A model generated the notes under the pieces. It saw nothing but the letters and a program-made list of their open reading frames with translations. It was not told the origin of the DNA and made no database searches. Shown here piece after piece: positions 45,987-46,968 of a stretch of 46,968 nt of DNA. Numbering within the stretch: position 1 is the stretch's first letter; each line of letters opens with the position of its first letter. A program made the position numbers and the translations under genes. The stretch spans positions 1 to 46,968 of the forward strand of contig JAQBRN010000017.1 of the NCBI GenBank assembly GCA_028286465.1. The letters are read 5' to 3'. The DNA comes from Parcubacteria group bacterium (lineage in GTDB: Bacteria > Patescibacteriota > Minisyncoccia > Phycocordibacterales > Zambryskibacteraceae).

Positions 45987-46968
45987 TTATTTTATATGGA
46001 AGCCATTGCTGAATAAGAATCGCTTCACCTTGCTCTCTCCCGTCGGCGCGATGGCGAAGAGGAACGTGCGCGAGACAGTGATGGCCGTGAACATCGATAT
46101 GAGAACGCCGAGTCCGAGCGTCAAAGCGAAGCCCTTCACCGCGCTTGTCCCGAGCCAGAAGAGAACGATAGCCGTAATGATGCTTGATATATTCGAGTCG
46201 CGGATCGAGAGCCACGCTCTCGAGAATCCTTCATGAAGCGCGTCATGAATGGACTTTCCTCTCTTCAATTCCTCCTTGGTGCGCTCGAAGATAAGCACGT
46301 TCGCATCGACGGCCATACCGATGGAAAGGATGAAGCCCGCAAGACCAGCGGCTGTCAGCGTCACCGGAATCATTTTAAAGACGACGAGAGATAGGATGAT
46401 ATACGCACCGAGCGCGACCGAGGCCACGAGGCCCGGAAGCCTGTACCAAAGGATGAGGAAAATGGCGAGAGAGATGAGGCCGATGAGACCCGCCCTCACG
46501 CCGGAGTGGAGTGCTGCTTGTCCGAGGGAGGCGCCGACAGTCTGTGATGTAGCAAGAGCAATAGGCACCGGCAGCGCGCCGTAGTTCAAATTGCGTACGA
46601 GGGTCTTCACCTGATCTGCAGAAGGAACTCCAGTGATCTGTGCCTTGCCTCCAGTGATCTCTCCTTGAATGGTCGGGGCAGAAAGCACTTGTCCGTCGAG
46701 AATGACAGCCAAAGGCTTACCTATATTCTCTTTGGTGATCTTGGCGAAGAGGTCTGCACCTTCCGAAGTGAATTCGAGCCCGACGAGCGGAGCCTGGGTC
46801 TGGGTATTGAATTCGACCGTCGCATGTGAAAGATAGCGACCCGTCAACTCTGCCGGGAAGAAGAGCTGATCAAGGGTCGGCTGAGTGCCTGTGGCGGTAG
46901 CGGCCGCAAGAAGAGCTGGAGCCTCAGGACGCTCAAGGCGGAACTCAAGGGTCGGTGTTTCTCCGATG
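45987..46968 (-). CDS. secD: Protein translocase subunit SecD (5' end off window)
   Basis: The frame stays open to the window edge (IGETPTLEFR...). Contains LAVILDG..SAP, GALPVP, VGASLG, IGMAVDANVLIFER, IRDSN, VKGFA. Confidence 0.97.
   Translation of the reverse strand, partial: IGETPTLEFRLERPEAPALLAAATATGTQPTLDQLFFPAELTGRYLSHATVEFNTQTQAPLVGLEFTSEGADLFAKITKENIGKPLAVILDGQVLSAPTIQGEITGGKAQITGVPSADQVKTLVRNLNYGALPVPIALATSQTVGASLGQAALHSGVRAGLIGLISLAIFLILWYRLPGLVASVALGAYIILSLVVFKMIPVTLTAAGLAGFILSIGMAVDANVLIFERTKEELKRGKSIHDALHEGFSRAWLSIRDSNISSIITAIVLFWLGTSAVKGFALTLGLGVLISMFTAITVSRTFLFAIAPTGESKVKRFLFSNGFHIK

Overview
This ~47-kb window is chromosomal DNA from a Patescibacteria/CPR bacterium, most likely Parcubacteria (OD1), judging by 16S signatures and gene content. 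It uses the standard code 11, and almost all genes lie on the minus strand. The layout is: a housekeeping block (gatB, obgE, two tandem MYG1 paralogs, dsbB plus a thioredoxin-like partner, DedA, secA); an unannotated 27-aa Lys-rich micro-gene with its own promoter and terminator; a ~29-kb surface-glycan locus; a VirD4/TraD-like ATPase; DedA; tRNA-Ile(GAT); a stand-alone 16S rRNA gene; small membrane proteins; and secF/secD. The glycan locus contains an O-antigen-ligase/TPR protein, a Wzx flippase, six GT4s, seven SAM methyltransferases, gmd-colD-colC/fcl (probable GDP-colitose pathway), other NDP-sugar enzymes and a degenerate CE4 deacetylase. The most striking pattern is two expression grammars side by side. 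Many core genes have a TAnnnT -10 box only 6-10 nt before the start codon and no Shine-Dalgarno (leaderless-type), matching a 16S 3' end that lacks the canonical CCUCC anti-SD. In contrast, six self-contained, mostly ORFan units in three tandem pairs each carry a -35/-10 promoter, an SD or SD-like motif and their own intrinsic terminator. No CRISPR array, transposase, integrase or prophage was seen. All calls come from reading motifs by eye; no searches were run.
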